Below are positions 45,401 through 53,711 of a stretch of 64,000 bases of DNA, in pieces. The DNA is taken from the NCBI GenBank assembly GCA_965221165.1, contig CBDCRP010000003.1:832001-896000 (forward strand), written 5' to 3'. The number at the start of each line of letters is the position of its first letter. Positions within the stretch are counted from its first letter, which is position 1. The translations under genes were made by a program, and so were the position numbers. This DNA comes from a bacterium (GTDB taxonomy: Bacteria > UBA8248). The notes below the pieces were generated by a model. The model made no database searches and was not told the DNA's origin. It worked only from the letters and a program-made list of their open reading frames with translations.

Positions 45401-47319
45401 TAAACCCCGGTGAGGGGGTGACGCTCTCCTATACGCCCGGGACCAATCCGATCCGCAACAAAAACGATGTCGGCGCCGAGCCCATCACGTCCATGACAGC
45501 GCAGAACATCGGAAAAGCACCGGCGCTGGTGGAAGCGATTGTGGTGGGCAATCGTTTGACGCTCACCTACGACGAGATGCTGGATAAGACTTCCGTCCCG
45601 ACGCCGGCCGCTTTCTCGGTGATGGTGAATGGCGAGGACCGGGCGGTCACCATGGTGAAGATCGATGGCAGGAAAGTAAAGCTCACCCTGGAATCGCCCG
45701 TAGAGCCCGACGAGGAAGTGACGCTCAGCTACGACTCCGAGTCGGTCGGCAGCCCGTCCATCTTGGACCTGACCGAAATTCCCGCCGCACCCCTGAACAA
45801 CCTGGCGGTAACCAACCTCACCTCGACTGTCCAAGACAACACCCTGGCGACGACTCACTGGCTCTCGCATTTCGGACGCACGGTGGCGATCCAGGCGGTG
45901 GAGATGGTCGACAGCCGGTTGAAATCGCCTTCCATGAGACAGGAATCGAGAGTGACGCTCGGCGGACGAAACGTGGATTTCTTTGGTAATCCTGCAACCT
46001 CTTCTTCCGCACAGGACGATTCGGGCCTCGGCGACGCTTCCCGCCTCGCAAGCCTCGCCCCGGGCTTCGGCGGCCTCGCGCGATGGAGTGGCGCGAACGG
46101 GGCGGGCCTTGCGGGAGATGATTCCCCGGTGGATTACCGCGAAATATCGATGAACGATCTTCTACTGGCGAGTTCGTTCCATCTCGCCTCGGCGCAGAGC
46201 GCAGAAAACGGCCTGGGCGTGCGCTGGACGGCCTGGGGCCGGGGTGCGCGGGCGGGCTTCCATGGGGATACGGGCGGTATCACCGTCAGTGGCGACGTGA
46301 CGACGGGCACGCTCGGGGCCGATTACGAATGGGATCGCACCATGGTGGGCGTCGCGCTCTCGCACAGCCGGGGCGAAGGGCACTACTCACTCTACGGGCA
46401 GCGAAGTGCGGTGGAAGCCAAGCTCACGAGCGCGTACCCCTACATCCGCTATACGGTCAACGAACGCCTCTCGATTTGGGGCATGTTCGGCTTCGGGAAC
46501 GGCGATTTTACGCTGAATAAGGGGGAAATCGACGAGGAGGTCGAAACGAACATCTCCATGCGGATGGGGGCGTTCGGTTTTCGCAGTTCGCTCTTTCCGA
46601 TGGCACGCCAGGTCGGCTACGACCTCGCGCTCAAGTCCGACGTCATGGTAGTCGAGATGGAGGCGGATGAAGTGGATAACCGCCTGCTCCCGGTGGACGT
46701 GAAAACGAGCCGCTTCAGATTGCTTCTGGAGGGTTCACGCGAGTATAAGCTCCGCCGCGGCGCATCGCTCACGCCCTCGCTGGCGATAGGCCTGCGCTAC
46801 GACGGCGGCGACGCGGAACAAGGAGGCGGCATCGAGCTGGGCGGCGGCTTCCGCTTCTTCGATCCCTCGCTGGACATGGTGATAGACGTGAGCGCGCATG
46901 GTCTGCTCTTGCACGAGGAGAGCAGTTACAGAGAATTGGGCGTGGGAGGCTCGGTTCAACTCATGTGGGGCAATCGCAAGCCAGGCCTCTCCATCCGGGT
47001 GGGCTCCTCGTGGGGCGACGCACCGAGCGGAGTGGAGCGGCTCTGGTCGCAGCCCGGCGTGGCGGGTCTGGCCTCGGACGCAAAGGGCAACGGCGCGCAC
47101 TTCGAGGCGGAAGTGGGCTACGGGATGAATGCGCTGGGCGGTCTGCTGACCCCCTACGCCGGTCTTGCGGTCTCGGAAGGAGGAAACGGGACCTATCGCG
47201 TGGGCGGGCGCCTGAGAGTGGGCGAGCGCCTGAGCTTGAGACTCGAAGGAGATCGCCGCGAACGCGTGGGGGGCAACTCCTCCCACGGCGTCGCCCTGGT
47301 AGGCTCCGTGCGCTGGTAA
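42460..47319 (+). CDS. Large adhesin-like autotransporter (Calx-beta-like repeats, FN3, two SwmB-like domains, C-terminal beta-barrel)
   Basis: Extended signal peptide; T/S/G-rich repeats ending ITDDD; FN3 (LSWTAP..GSPITGY.IE...YRVSAIN); V.G..L.LTY.E.LD repeats; barrel ending in W; start codon uncertain. Confidence 0.85.
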   Translation: MKSQMMIVRKTGGAVPRIRLVRATSRPRKRLRAFASCILVLSLFIYAFYAINSTAQTTEIWSRQMTVGAEGGRGLYGFSGSNFNFTDPTKGYGSLGNFNAETSEAGGYGERNFYIGPKSFYIEYIRWTSYCLYFGLNRQLPDDNYGDGSATPIDAASTSNLILRIGGRDFHLGNARAGAPSFYEWPGPPNLPLSAGGSFTASLRTGEALNLDRIDTSMCRSNGNGGNPDNGTPRVVSLELVPDPISENGGFSTVRASVSPASATPFTVTISAQAVSPATSGDFTLSGNTTLNFAAGATQSSGTVTIAAMNNNMDAPNKSVRVSGSVSGGTNVTAPEDVFLTITDDDGSPTGLALSVSPDSVAENGGSRTLSVTATLTGGAARSVATEVTLSALDGTATSADFSAGTATLEIPANNLSGTGTLALTPTNDQVAEGPETLTIRGTATGLTPGEATITITDDDAATLSVGPATVNEGEAAHFTVTLSREAAADVQLNWTTEDGTATAGSDYRAASGPLTISAGQTSATISVTTLEDFVTEETEAFTVRITAPNLPPGVSLGTESATGTINDDEAAPVVSLILGPDSISENGGVSAVRASVSPASATPFTVTVSAQAVSPATSGDFTLSGNTTLNFAAGATQSTGTVMIRAENNNMDAPDKSVVVSGSVSGGTRVTVPADVTLAITDDEGSPTGLTLSVSPDSVAEGAGSTTLNVTATLTGGAARSVATEVTLSALDGTATSADFSAGTATLEIPANNLSGTGTLALTPTDDAIAESPETLTIRGTATGLSDGEASITITDNDTPPDAPLNLSARAGGSSRIDLSWTAPEDNGSPITGYKIEVSEDEGSNWADLEADTSSPAASYAHTGLAPNTTRHYRVSAINAAGPGQASNVANATTQSGNGEDDGDGGNNGGNIEGETPLTPITPPQLLDVTVDGNKVVLTYNEPLDEGSVPDPGDFMLSTGDVESVDVSGPRVTLTLESPINPGEGVTLSYTPGTNPIRNKNDVGAEPITSMTAQNIGKAPALVEAIVVGNRLTLTYDEMLDKTSVPTPAAFSVMVNGEDRAVTMVKIDGRKVKLTLESPVEPDEEVTLSYDSESVGSPSILDLTEIPAAPLNNLAVTNLTSTVQDNTLATTHWLSHFGRTVAIQAVEMVDSRLKSPSMRQESRVTLGGRNVDFFGNPATSSSAQDDSGLGDASRLASLAPGFGGLARWSGANGAGLAGDDSPVDYREISMNDLLLASSFHLASAQSAENGLGVRWTAWGRGARAGFHGDTGGITVSGDVTTGTLGADYEWDRTMVGVALSHSRGEGHYSLYGQRSAVEAKLTSAYPYIRYTVNERLSIWGMFGFGNGDFTLNKGEIDEEVETNISMRMGAFGFRSSLFPMARQVGYDLALKSDVMVVEMEADEVDNRLLPVDVKTSRFRLLLEGSREYKLRRGASLTPSLAIGLRYDGGDAEQGGGIELGGGFRFFDPSLDMVIDVSAHGLLLHEESSYRELGVGGSVQLMWGNRKPGLSIRVGSSWGDAPSGVERLWSQPGVAGLASDAKGNGAHFEAEVGYGMNALGGLLTPYAGLAVSEGGNGTYRVGGRLRVGERLSLRLEGDRRERVGGNSSHGVALVGSVRW
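43162..44855 (+). repeat. Internal direct duplication (about 43162-43838 and 44179-44855, offset 1017 bp)
   Basis: Long stretches identical at the nucleotide level between the two copies of a two-domain module. Confidence 0.9.
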
Positions 47320-47551
47320 AACGAGCTTTCCCTGGGCACTGCACGATTCTTCTCTGCTCGGAAGAACCTATTCCCTCCTTTGAGGCCTCCACTCCGCGCC
47401 GTGCGGCGCCATCTCCCATCACGACATATTGCGCTCAAGCGCTTGTGATTCTCCCATATCATGCGATGTTTCCCATCGGAGCGTTATTGCTTGTTTTCGG
47501 CGGTTGCGCGTATACTGCGCCCGTCGGAATTCCCAAAGCGTGAGGCCCGCC

Positions 47552-48370
47552 TTGAGCGAGAAAAAAAGCGGCTTTGAGCGCGCGGTGGAGGTTATGGCCC
47601 GCCTCAGAGCGCCCGACGGATGCCCCTGGGACAAGGAACAGGACCACCATACCCTGAAGCCCTACCTCATCGAGGAGGCTTACGAGGTGATGGAAGCCAT
47701 CGAGGCAAGCGACCCCGCGATGCTCAAGGAGGAGCTGGGCGACCTCTTGCTTCAGGTGCTCTTCCATTGCCGGCTCGCCGAGGAGAAGGGTCTCTTCGAC
47801 GCCCAGGAGACCGCCCGCGCCCTCGCGCAAAAGATGATCGACCGACACCCCCACGTATTCGAAAACACCCTGGCCGAGACCAGCGGCGAGGTGCTCAGGA
47901 ACTGGGAGATCAACAAGAGAAAGGCCCGCACGGAGGATGAGAAAGGCGCCGCCTCCATTCTCGACGGCGTGCCCGCCGCCATGCCCGCCCTCCAGCGCGC
48001 CCAGAGGCTTCAGGGAAAGGCTTCGCGCGTGGGCTTCGATTGGCCCGATGCGGCCGGGGCGGCGGAGAAGGTGGAAGAAGAATGGGCGGAACTCAAAGCG
48101 GCGATGCGGAAAGGGGACCAGAAGGCGGTGGAAGAGGAGATGGGCGATTTTCTTTTCGCGGCCGTGAATCTCTCCCGGAAGCTCGGGGTGAACGCCGAAG
48201 AGGCGGCCCGCGCCTGCATCGGGCGCTTCACCGCGCGTTTTCACCATATGGAGGAGGCGCTGCGCGCCCAGGGACTCTCCCCCGAGGACGTATCGCTAGA
48301 AGCGCTCGAAGTGCTTTGGAGTGAGGCGAAAAAGCCGGTACGGGCGAGGGACTTCCCTGACTCTCCGTAG
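47552..48370 (+). CDS. mazG: Nucleoside triphosphate pyrophosphohydrolase MazG
   Basis: LR.PDGCPWD..Q, EEAYE, EELGDLL.QV, RHPHVF, GFDW and EE.GD motifs. Confidence 0.95.
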   Translation: MSEKKSGFERAVEVMARLRAPDGCPWDKEQDHHTLKPYLIEEAYEVMEAIEASDPAMLKEELGDLLLQVLFHCRLAEEKGLFDAQETARALAQKMIDRHPHVFENTLAETSGEVLRNWEINKRKARTEDEKGAASILDGVPAAMPALQRAQRLQGKASRVGFDWPDAAGAAEKVEEEWAELKAAMRKGDQKAVEEEMGDFLFAAVNLSRKLGVNAEEAARACIGRFTARFHHMEEALRAQGLSPEDVSLEALEVLWSEAKKPVRARDFPDSP

Positions 48371-48436
48371 AATCCCGGCCCATGCCCATTCGATAAGAAA
48401 CCGGCCTGCCCGCCCGGAAACGACCAGGATCGATCG

Positions 48437-50941
48437 ATGACGCGAAAACCCCGAACGCATCGTCCCAGAAGAACGACGCCTCCCCCCCAGACGGGCCTGT
48501 TCCCCGAGGACGGCAACGAACTGACCGGCGTGGTGGAACGGGTACGCTTCCGCGCGGAGGACACGGGCTACAGCGTCTTGCTCGTCCAGCCGGACAACGC
48601 GGATTTTCCGCGCGTGGCCGTGGTGGGCCATCTCTCCTCCATCCGAGAGGGAGAGCGCGTCCGGTTCGAGGGCGTCTGGAAGGATCACCCCAGGTTCGGT
48701 CGCCAGTTCCATGCCGAACTCGCCCGTCCGCTGCCGCCCACGACGGTCGAGGGAATCGAAAAATATCTGGCCTCGGGCATCGTGAAGAACATCGGCCCCG
48801 CCCTGGCCAGGCGCATCGTGGCGCGCTTCGGTGAAAAATCGCTCGAGGTGCTCGACAACCATCCCGAACGGCTCACGGAAGTCAACGGGCTGGGCGAGAA
48901 GAAGCTGGAAACTATCATCGAGAGTTGGAAGAGCCAGAGCGAGGTCAAGGAGATCATGCTCTTCCTCCGGCAATACGACATCCCGCTGCACATGTCGGAG
49001 AAAATTCTGAGAACCTACGGCGAAGCCTCCATCTCGATTCTCCGCGAAGACCCCTATCGCCTGGCGGCGGAGATTCACGGCGTGGGCTTCAAGAGCGCGG
49101 ACCGCATCGCGCAGCGGCTGGGGATTCCCCCCGACTCGCCCAAGCGCCTGGCGGCGGGAGCCGTCTACGTGCTGAACCAGCTCGCCGAGCGCGAGGGCCA
49201 CTGCTTTCTGCCTTATGGGAACCTGGTCGAGACCGCCGCCGAAATGCTCGAGACCGAAGCAGACGCCCTCACCTCCATCCTGGAAAATCTCGGCCGGAGC
49301 GGCTCCCTGGTGATCCAATCGGCGAACATGATCGAAAACCTGGCCTCGGCCGAGGGCAAGCGGGTCTATGCCCGCCCCCTGTACGCCGCGGAATGCGAGG
49401 TCGCCCGCCGTCTCGCAGCACTCATCCAGACCCCGCGCGACGAGGCGCGTCTGGAAGCCGCCATGCGGGGACAAGGCGTGCCCGGAAGCACGACGGGAGA
49501 GCGCCTGGGCCACCTCGCCCGGCGCGCCCTGGAGGGCGGCATGGCCACCAAGGATCAGGGCGCCGCCATAGAGGGCGCGCTCACGCAAAAAGTACTCATC
49601 GTGACGGGAGGCCCCGGTACCGGCAAGACGACCATCGTGAGCGCCGTCACCAACCTCTATACGAAACTGGGCCTCCAGGTCATCCTGGGCGCACCCACGG
49701 GCCGGGCGGCCAAGCGCCTCTCCGAGGTCACAGGCCACGAGGCGGGCACCATCCACAGGTTGTTGGAGTTCAGCTGGCACTCGGGCGGCTTCACCCGCGA
49801 TGCGGAAAACCCGCTCACCGGCGACATCGTGATAATCGACGAGGCCTCGATGCTCGACGTGCACCTGACGGCCCACCTCTTGCGCGCGGTGCCGGACGCG
49901 GCGACACTCGTCCTCGTGGGCGACGTGGATCAGCTCCCCTCCGTGGGTCCCGGCAACATCCTGAGCGACGTCATCACCTCCGAAACACTGCCCGTAGTAA
50001 GGCTCACCGAGGTCTTCCGCCAGGCGCAGGAGAGTCTGATCGTCGAAAACGCCCACCGCGTGAACCGGGGAGAGATGCCCAGAAACGGCAAGGGAGAGCA
50101 AGAGGACAAGCCGCTCGATTACTACTTCATCGAAGAGAGTGAGGCGGAACGATGCGCGGACATCATCATCGAACTCTGCCGCGAGCGCATTCCCGAGAAA
50201 TTCGGGGTCGACCCCATCGCGGAGCTTCAGGTCATCTCCCCCATGCAGCGCGGCGTGCTCGGCGTACAGAGCCTGAACGCGCGCTTACAGGAAGCGCTCA
50301 ACCCCGCGGGCGCCGCGCCCGCCCTACAGAGCGGAGGGCGCACGTTCCGCACGCGCGACAAGCTCATCCAGGTGCGGAACAACTACGAGAAAGACGTGTT
50401 CAACGGCGACATCGGCGTCGTGCGCAGCGTCGCGCCCGAGGACGGGAGCATTCGCGTGGCCTTCGATTCGAATGTCGTCGAATATACGCGCGGCGCGCTG
50501 GATGAGGTGATGCACGCCTACGCCATCACCGTGCACAAGAGCCAGGGAAGCGAATACCCCGCCGTCGTCATCCCGCTGCACACCCAGCACTACCCGATGC
50601 TGCAAAGAAACCTCGTCTACACCGCCCTCACGCGGGCGAGGCGGCTCGTAGTGCTCGTCGGGGCGAAAAAAGCGCTCGGCATCGCGATAGGAAACGCGCG
50701 CGTGAGAAGAAGATGGAGCGGTCTGCCCGAGAGAATCCGCCGCGAGGCGAATCTCGCCCCGCTCCTCGAGGAGGCCTCCCCTCCCCCGCAGGACATCGAG
50801 GAAACACAAGACACCGGGGAGGACGAGGCGCAATTCACAGAAGACGCCCCGCCCGATTCCCTTTACGAGGATGAAGCGACCGGGGACGACGAGGACTCCC
50901 CGCCCGATAACGAACTGACCTACCACCCCGTGGACGAGTAG
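48437..50941 (+). CDS. recD2: ATP-dependent RecD2-like DNA helicase
   Basis: N-terminal OB/HhH region, TGGPGTGKTT, APTGRAAKR, IDEASM, GDVDQLPSVGPG and HKSQGSEY motifs. Confidence 0.94.
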   Translation: MTRKPRTHRPRRTTPPPQTGLFPEDGNELTGVVERVRFRAEDTGYSVLLVQPDNADFPRVAVVGHLSSIREGERVRFEGVWKDHPRFGRQFHAELARPLPPTTVEGIEKYLASGIVKNIGPALARRIVARFGEKSLEVLDNHPERLTEVNGLGEKKLETIIESWKSQSEVKEIMLFLRQYDIPLHMSEKILRTYGEASISILREDPYRLAAEIHGVGFKSADRIAQRLGIPPDSPKRLAAGAVYVLNQLAEREGHCFLPYGNLVETAAEMLETEADALTSILENLGRSGSLVIQSANMIENLASAEGKRVYARPLYAAECEVARRLAALIQTPRDEARLEAAMRGQGVPGSTTGERLGHLARRALEGGMATKDQGAAIEGALTQKVLIVTGGPGTGKTTIVSAVTNLYTKLGLQVILGAPTGRAAKRLSEVTGHEAGTIHRLLEFSWHSGGFTRDAENPLTGDIVIIDEASMLDVHLTAHLLRAVPDAATLVLVGDVDQLPSVGPGNILSDVITSETLPVVRLTEVFRQAQESLIVENAHRVNRGEMPRNGKGEQEDKPLDYYFIEESEAERCADIIIELCRERIPEKFGVDPIAELQVISPMQRGVLGVQSLNARLQEALNPAGAAPALQSGGRTFRTRDKLIQVRNNYEKDVFNGDIGVVRSVAPEDGSIRVAFDSNVVEYTRGALDEVMHAYAITVHKSQGSEYPAVVIPLHTQHYPMLQRNLVYTALTRARRLVVLVGAKKALGIAIGNARVRRRWSGLPERIRREANLAPLLEEASPPPQDIEETQDTGEDEAQFTEDAPPDSLYEDEATGDDEDSPPDNELTYHPVDE

Positions 50942-50958
50942 AAGACCATCGACGGAAT

Positions 50959-51012
50959 AAAAAAAAACCCGTCCCGGAGGACGGAGGCAGGATGGCTGCC
51001 GGGAAGCGGGTG
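50959..51012 (-). terminator. Probable rho-independent terminator for the minus-strand small ORF
   Basis: A-run (T-tract on the minus strand) adjacent to the CCCG-TCCCGG / CCGGGA-AG-CGGG inverted repeat. Confidence 0.55.
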
Positions 51013-51228
51013 TTACTTCGCCGTTCGCTCGATTAAAGTCTTGAGCGCGGTCATGGATTCGGCGTGATTTTTCATGACCTCCTCATGCCGTCTGGCACCG
51101 GTACTTTCCCGCAATTCCGAGGAGCGGCTCATCTGCTTCAAGCCCATCCAGATGAGCCCGCACTGCGCGAGCCCGATGAGGGACTGCATGGCGTAGAACC
51201 CGAGTGTCGCCGTCTCAAAACCGCTCAT
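51013..51228 (-). CDS. Small membrane-anchored hypothetical protein, copy 1 (71 aa, MSGFETATL...)
   Basis: RBS AAGGGG before ATG 51228; paralogous to 52307-52513; one hydrophobic helix plus a charged helix. Confidence 0.75.
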   Translation of the reverse strand: MSGFETATLGFYAMQSLIGLAQCGLIWMGLKQMSRSSELRESTGARRHEEVMKNHAESMTALKTLIERTAK

Positions 51229-51307
51229 TTCTTTCCCCTTGCGGGTCCTTGACTTTCCAATGCGAAACGCCGTGGCCTCGCCCCCATGGCTCGCAACCTG
51301 GGACAAA

Positions 51308-51350
51308 ATACTAGTCCCTTTTGCGCTCCCCCGCAAGATTCGGCTTTGCG
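51308..51350 (-). promoter_or_regulatory. Sigma70-like promoter plus candidate operator, copy 1
   Basis: TTGCGG-17 nt-TAGTAT; 21-mer at 51330-51350 identical to 52627-52647. Confidence 0.6.
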
Positions 51351-51510
51351 CGCTACAGAGAGAACCGACCCGCCACTCCATGGATGAGGAATAGTGGACG
51401 TCATCGTCTCGCCTAAATTTGTTGCTCATTTTATCGTTGTGTTATCTTGTCCCCAAGAGATTATTTTTGCACTCGGGCCATGAACGGGTACGAAAACAAG
51501 GAGCAGGGAA

Positions 51511-52200
51511 ATGGGGGAAATAATGGACGCTGATGATCCGAAAAATGGCGTGGCGGAGAACGAGAAGAAAGGCGAGGAAGTAATGATCGAAGAAGAAACT
51601 TTTGTCCTTCGAGTATTCTATCATGAGAGCCATATTCTCACGACGGGTGAGGCGCAAACACTCAATCAATCACGGCATAAACGCATCCGCAAAGCTGGTT
51701 TCGAGTTCAAAAAACAGGCCGACGACCTTACAAGCAATATAGCAAGCCACAACCAGTTGGCCGAGGTGTTCGAGTCCCCCATGGTGTATCGTAAGGGTCA
51801 TCCACTCACAGCGGACGATGCGAAAGAATGTGACGAATTACGTCGTGAGAACATTCGCGAATACGCAGAAAAACTCATCAGGAAGGCAAACGATCCAGAA
51901 GATTCAATGACAATGGAAGTGGCTCGCAAAGCCATCATGGATCATGACGAAACATATAAGTTACGGGCTAAGCCGAACCTTGTCGAGGTCGAGAAAGAAG
52001 CGAAAGAGTTCGCGGAAAAGGTCATCAAGCGTGAATTGAAAAACAAAGGCCACAAAATCACAGACATTGATAAAGATGAACTCAACACGGACATTGAAAA
52101 ACTCGCGAAAGATCCCCGTATTGTTGAATACGCCGAACGGAACGTTTCAGGTATAGACGCTCTCTCTGAGGAATTAAAATCAAAACTTTCAAAACTTTAG
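51511..52200 (+). CDS. Hypothetical highly charged helical protein (229 aa), lower GC
   Basis: Long ORF in a compositionally distinct segment; internal repeated motif. Confidence 0.75.
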   Translation: MGEIMDADDPKNGVAENEKKGEEVMIEEETFVLRVFYHESHILTTGEAQTLNQSRHKRIRKAGFEFKKQADDLTSNIASHNQLAEVFESPMVYRKGHPLTADDAKECDELRRENIREYAEKLIRKANDPEDSMTMEVARKAIMDHDETYKLRAKPNLVEVEKEAKEFAEKVIKRELKNKGHKITDIDKDELNTDIEKLAKDPRIVEYAERNVSGIDALSEELKSKLSKL

Positions 52201-52306
52201 TGGTGTTGGGGTCTTGGCGAGCTATCGGATTGATCTTCTCTGTACAGTGAAGACAGGGGCAATATTGCCGAATCGCCCTCTCTGCCCTCCTTGAAAGGGG
52301 CAGGAA

Positions 52307-52513
52307 TTATTTTCCCGTTCGTTCGATGAGCGCCTCGAGCGCGGTCATCGATTCCTCATGCCGTCTGGCACCCTCCCTTTCCCGCAATTCCGAAGAGCGG
52401 TCCATCTGCTTCAAGCCTTTCCATATAAGAAAACATTGAACGCTTCCTACGATGAGAGCTACAGTGCTCTGAATGCCTGATGCCCAAAGTGTGGCTGTTT
52501 CAAAACCCGTCAT
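52307..52513 (-). CDS. Small membrane-anchored hypothetical protein, copy 2 (68 aa, MTGFETATL...)
   Basis: RBS AAGGGGG; paralogue of 51013-51228. Confidence 0.75.
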   Translation of the reverse strand: MTGFETATLWASGIQSTVALIVGSVQCFLIWKGLKQMDRSSELREREGARRHEESMTALEALIERTGK

Positions 52514-52604
52514 TCCTTCCCCCTTACGGGTCCTCTGTCGTTACATTGAAAACCTCGTGGGCCCAGGGCGCCGCACCCTGCGTTGCTCGCAATCTCAGAC
52601 AAAA

Positions 52605-52647
52605 ACACTACCCGCTTTTCCGCTCTCCCGCAAGATTCGGCTTTGCG
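52605..52647 (-). promoter_or_regulatory. Sigma70-like promoter plus candidate operator, copy 2
   Basis: TTGCGG-17 nt-TAGTGT; shares the 21-mer with copy 1. Confidence 0.6.
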
Positions 52648-52652
52648 TGCGA

Positions 52653-53687
52653 TCAGGGCGTGAGCACCACCTTGAGAGACTCGCCCGCTTGGGCGACGAG
52701 GCGGAAACCCTCCTGCGCCTGCGCGAGCGGGAGCCTGTGGGTGATCATTGCCTCGGCCTCTATGCGTCCGGCGCGAATGAGCGCCAGCGCTTCTTCCAGG
52801 TCGAGCGGGGCCGCGCCGTAGGTGGTGGTGATGCTTATCTGCTCGCTCCAGATTCTGTTCAGGTCCATCTCGGGGTGATGGCCCGGCGGCGTGGGGGCGA
52901 AGAGCTGCAAGACCCCGCAAGTTGCGACGCACGAGAGAGCCGTACTCAAAGCCTCGGGGGCGCCAGCGCACAGGATGACGCGATCCGCCAGCCGGCCGTC
53001 GTTCGCCTCCCGTAGAGCCCCCGCCATATCCTCGCATGGAGGCAGGGCATGCGCGCCGAACCGCTCGGCGGTCCTCAGACGATAGGGGTGAATATCCGTC
53101 GCGAAAACGGGCCCCGCTCCCAGGAGACGCGCCGCCTGCACGTGCAATAACCCTGACATGCCGCTTCCCACCACGAGGACGCTCAGACCCGGCGTCATCC
53201 GAAAGCGCCTCCAGCCGCGCAGAACGCAGCCCAGCGGCTCGACGAACACGCCCGCATCGTCGGACACCTCATCGGGCAGATGGAACGTGCCCCGCTCCAC
53301 GTTGATGGCGGGCACCCGGATGAATTCGGCGAAACCGCCCGGGTCGAAATTCGTGCTTTTGAGAGTCGCGCAGGCGGTGTGGTCTCCGCGCAGGCAAAGC
53401 GCGCAGCGGTTGCACGGCACGTGATGGGTGACCATGACGCGATCGCCGGGCCGGAAACTCTCCACCCCATCGCCCGTCTCTGCGACCACGCCCGTCACCT
53501 CGTGGCCCAGAACGCGCGGCGCGCTCTTGACGCGGTACCACTCCATGACGTCGCTGCCGCAGATGCCGATCGCGCGCGTCTCGATGAGAAGCTCGCCCGC
53601 TCCGGCGCGGGGTTTTTCTACCTCCACGATTCGCACGTCATCGTTTCGGTAATAAACCGCCGCTCGCATGGTTTCCGGCATTTTCAT
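52653..53687 (-). CDS. Zinc-dependent medium-chain alcohol/polyol dehydrogenase
   Basis: GICGSD, GHE..G, C..C..C.......C zinc motifs, EPLGC, G.G..GL and ITHR motifs. Confidence 0.9.
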   Translation of the reverse strand: MKMPETMRAAVYYRNDDVRIVEVEKPRAGAGELLIETRAIGICGSDVMEWYRVKSAPRVLGHEVTGVVAETGDGVESFRPGDRVMVTHHVPCNRCALCLRGDHTACATLKSTNFDPGGFAEFIRVPAINVERGTFHLPDEVSDDAGVFVEPLGCVLRGWRRFRMTPGLSVLVVGSGMSGLLHVQAARLLGAGPVFATDIHPYRLRTAERFGAHALPPCEDMAGALREANDGRLADRVILCAGAPEALSTALSCVATCGVLQLFAPTPPGHHPEMDLNRIWSEQISITTTYGAAPLDLEEALALIRAGRIEAEAMITHRLPLAQAQEGFRLVAQAGESLKVVLTP

Positions 53688-53711
53688 ACTTCCTGCGTTT
53701 TGCCCCTGACT

